DNA of 33,094 bases from a virus: positions 1-33,094 of IMG/VR virus record IMGVR_UViG_3300045988_132076, one strand, 5' to 3'. The notes beneath the pieces were generated by a model. That model searched no databases. It was not told the DNA's origin and saw only the letters and a program-made list of their open reading frames with translations. Both the position numbers and the translations under genes were made by a program. Positions 33,003 to 33,094 of the stretch are shown in pieces (the first letter of the stretch is position 1; each line of letters begins with the position of its first letter).

Positions 33003-33094
33003 AAGGCAGAAAGGAGAAAAACACATGAAAGAAAGAAGTATTGCGTTCGGTTGGGCTGGGTTTCCCGCTGAACACGCCCAATCATTGAGAAGGA
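32976..33094. repeat. Terminal overlap, copy 2 (identical to 1-119)
   Basis: See copy 1. Confidence 0.9.

Overview
The window is one complete, circularly closed genome of a temperate dsDNA phage or excised prophage. The unit is 32,975 bp, and bases 1-119 repeat exactly at 32976-33094. Strong AGGAG-type ribosome-binding sites, the gene families present and a ribosomal-protein-L27-like N-terminal motif point to a Bacillota-type host. The virion is probably short-tailed, because I see no tape-measure, tail-tube or sheath genes. The modules, in order: (1) The immunity switch (32174-33002, continuing at 50) has a leftward XRE repressor, a mini ImmA-like protease, a small membrane protein and a tyrosine integrase, facing a rightward cro-like gene. 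(2) The early, recombination and replication genes (50-8617, + strand) include an Xis-like HTH protein, Gp157-like, Sak/Rad52-like and NinB-like proteins, two HNH-related genes, a replisome organizer with an internal iteron origin, a G39P-like loader, SSB, DUF3310, DUF1064 and a sigma-region-4-like late regulator. (3) A single antisense, self-contained cassette (8805-9415) encodes an HTH fused to an unknown domain. (4) The packaging, head, tail and ejection genes (9498-28386) include terS, terL, portal, scaffold, an N4-gp56-like capsid protein, a fibre, a Hint-domain protein and a 1,844-aa polyvalent protein. (5) The lysis genes (28431-30153) are a holin, a GH25 endolysin and a membrane-anchored protein. 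(6) An AT-rich non-coding region (30154-30659) is the presumed attP. I saw no tRNA, rRNA, CRISPR array or transposase. All family assignments come from remembered motifs and gene order; no searches were run.
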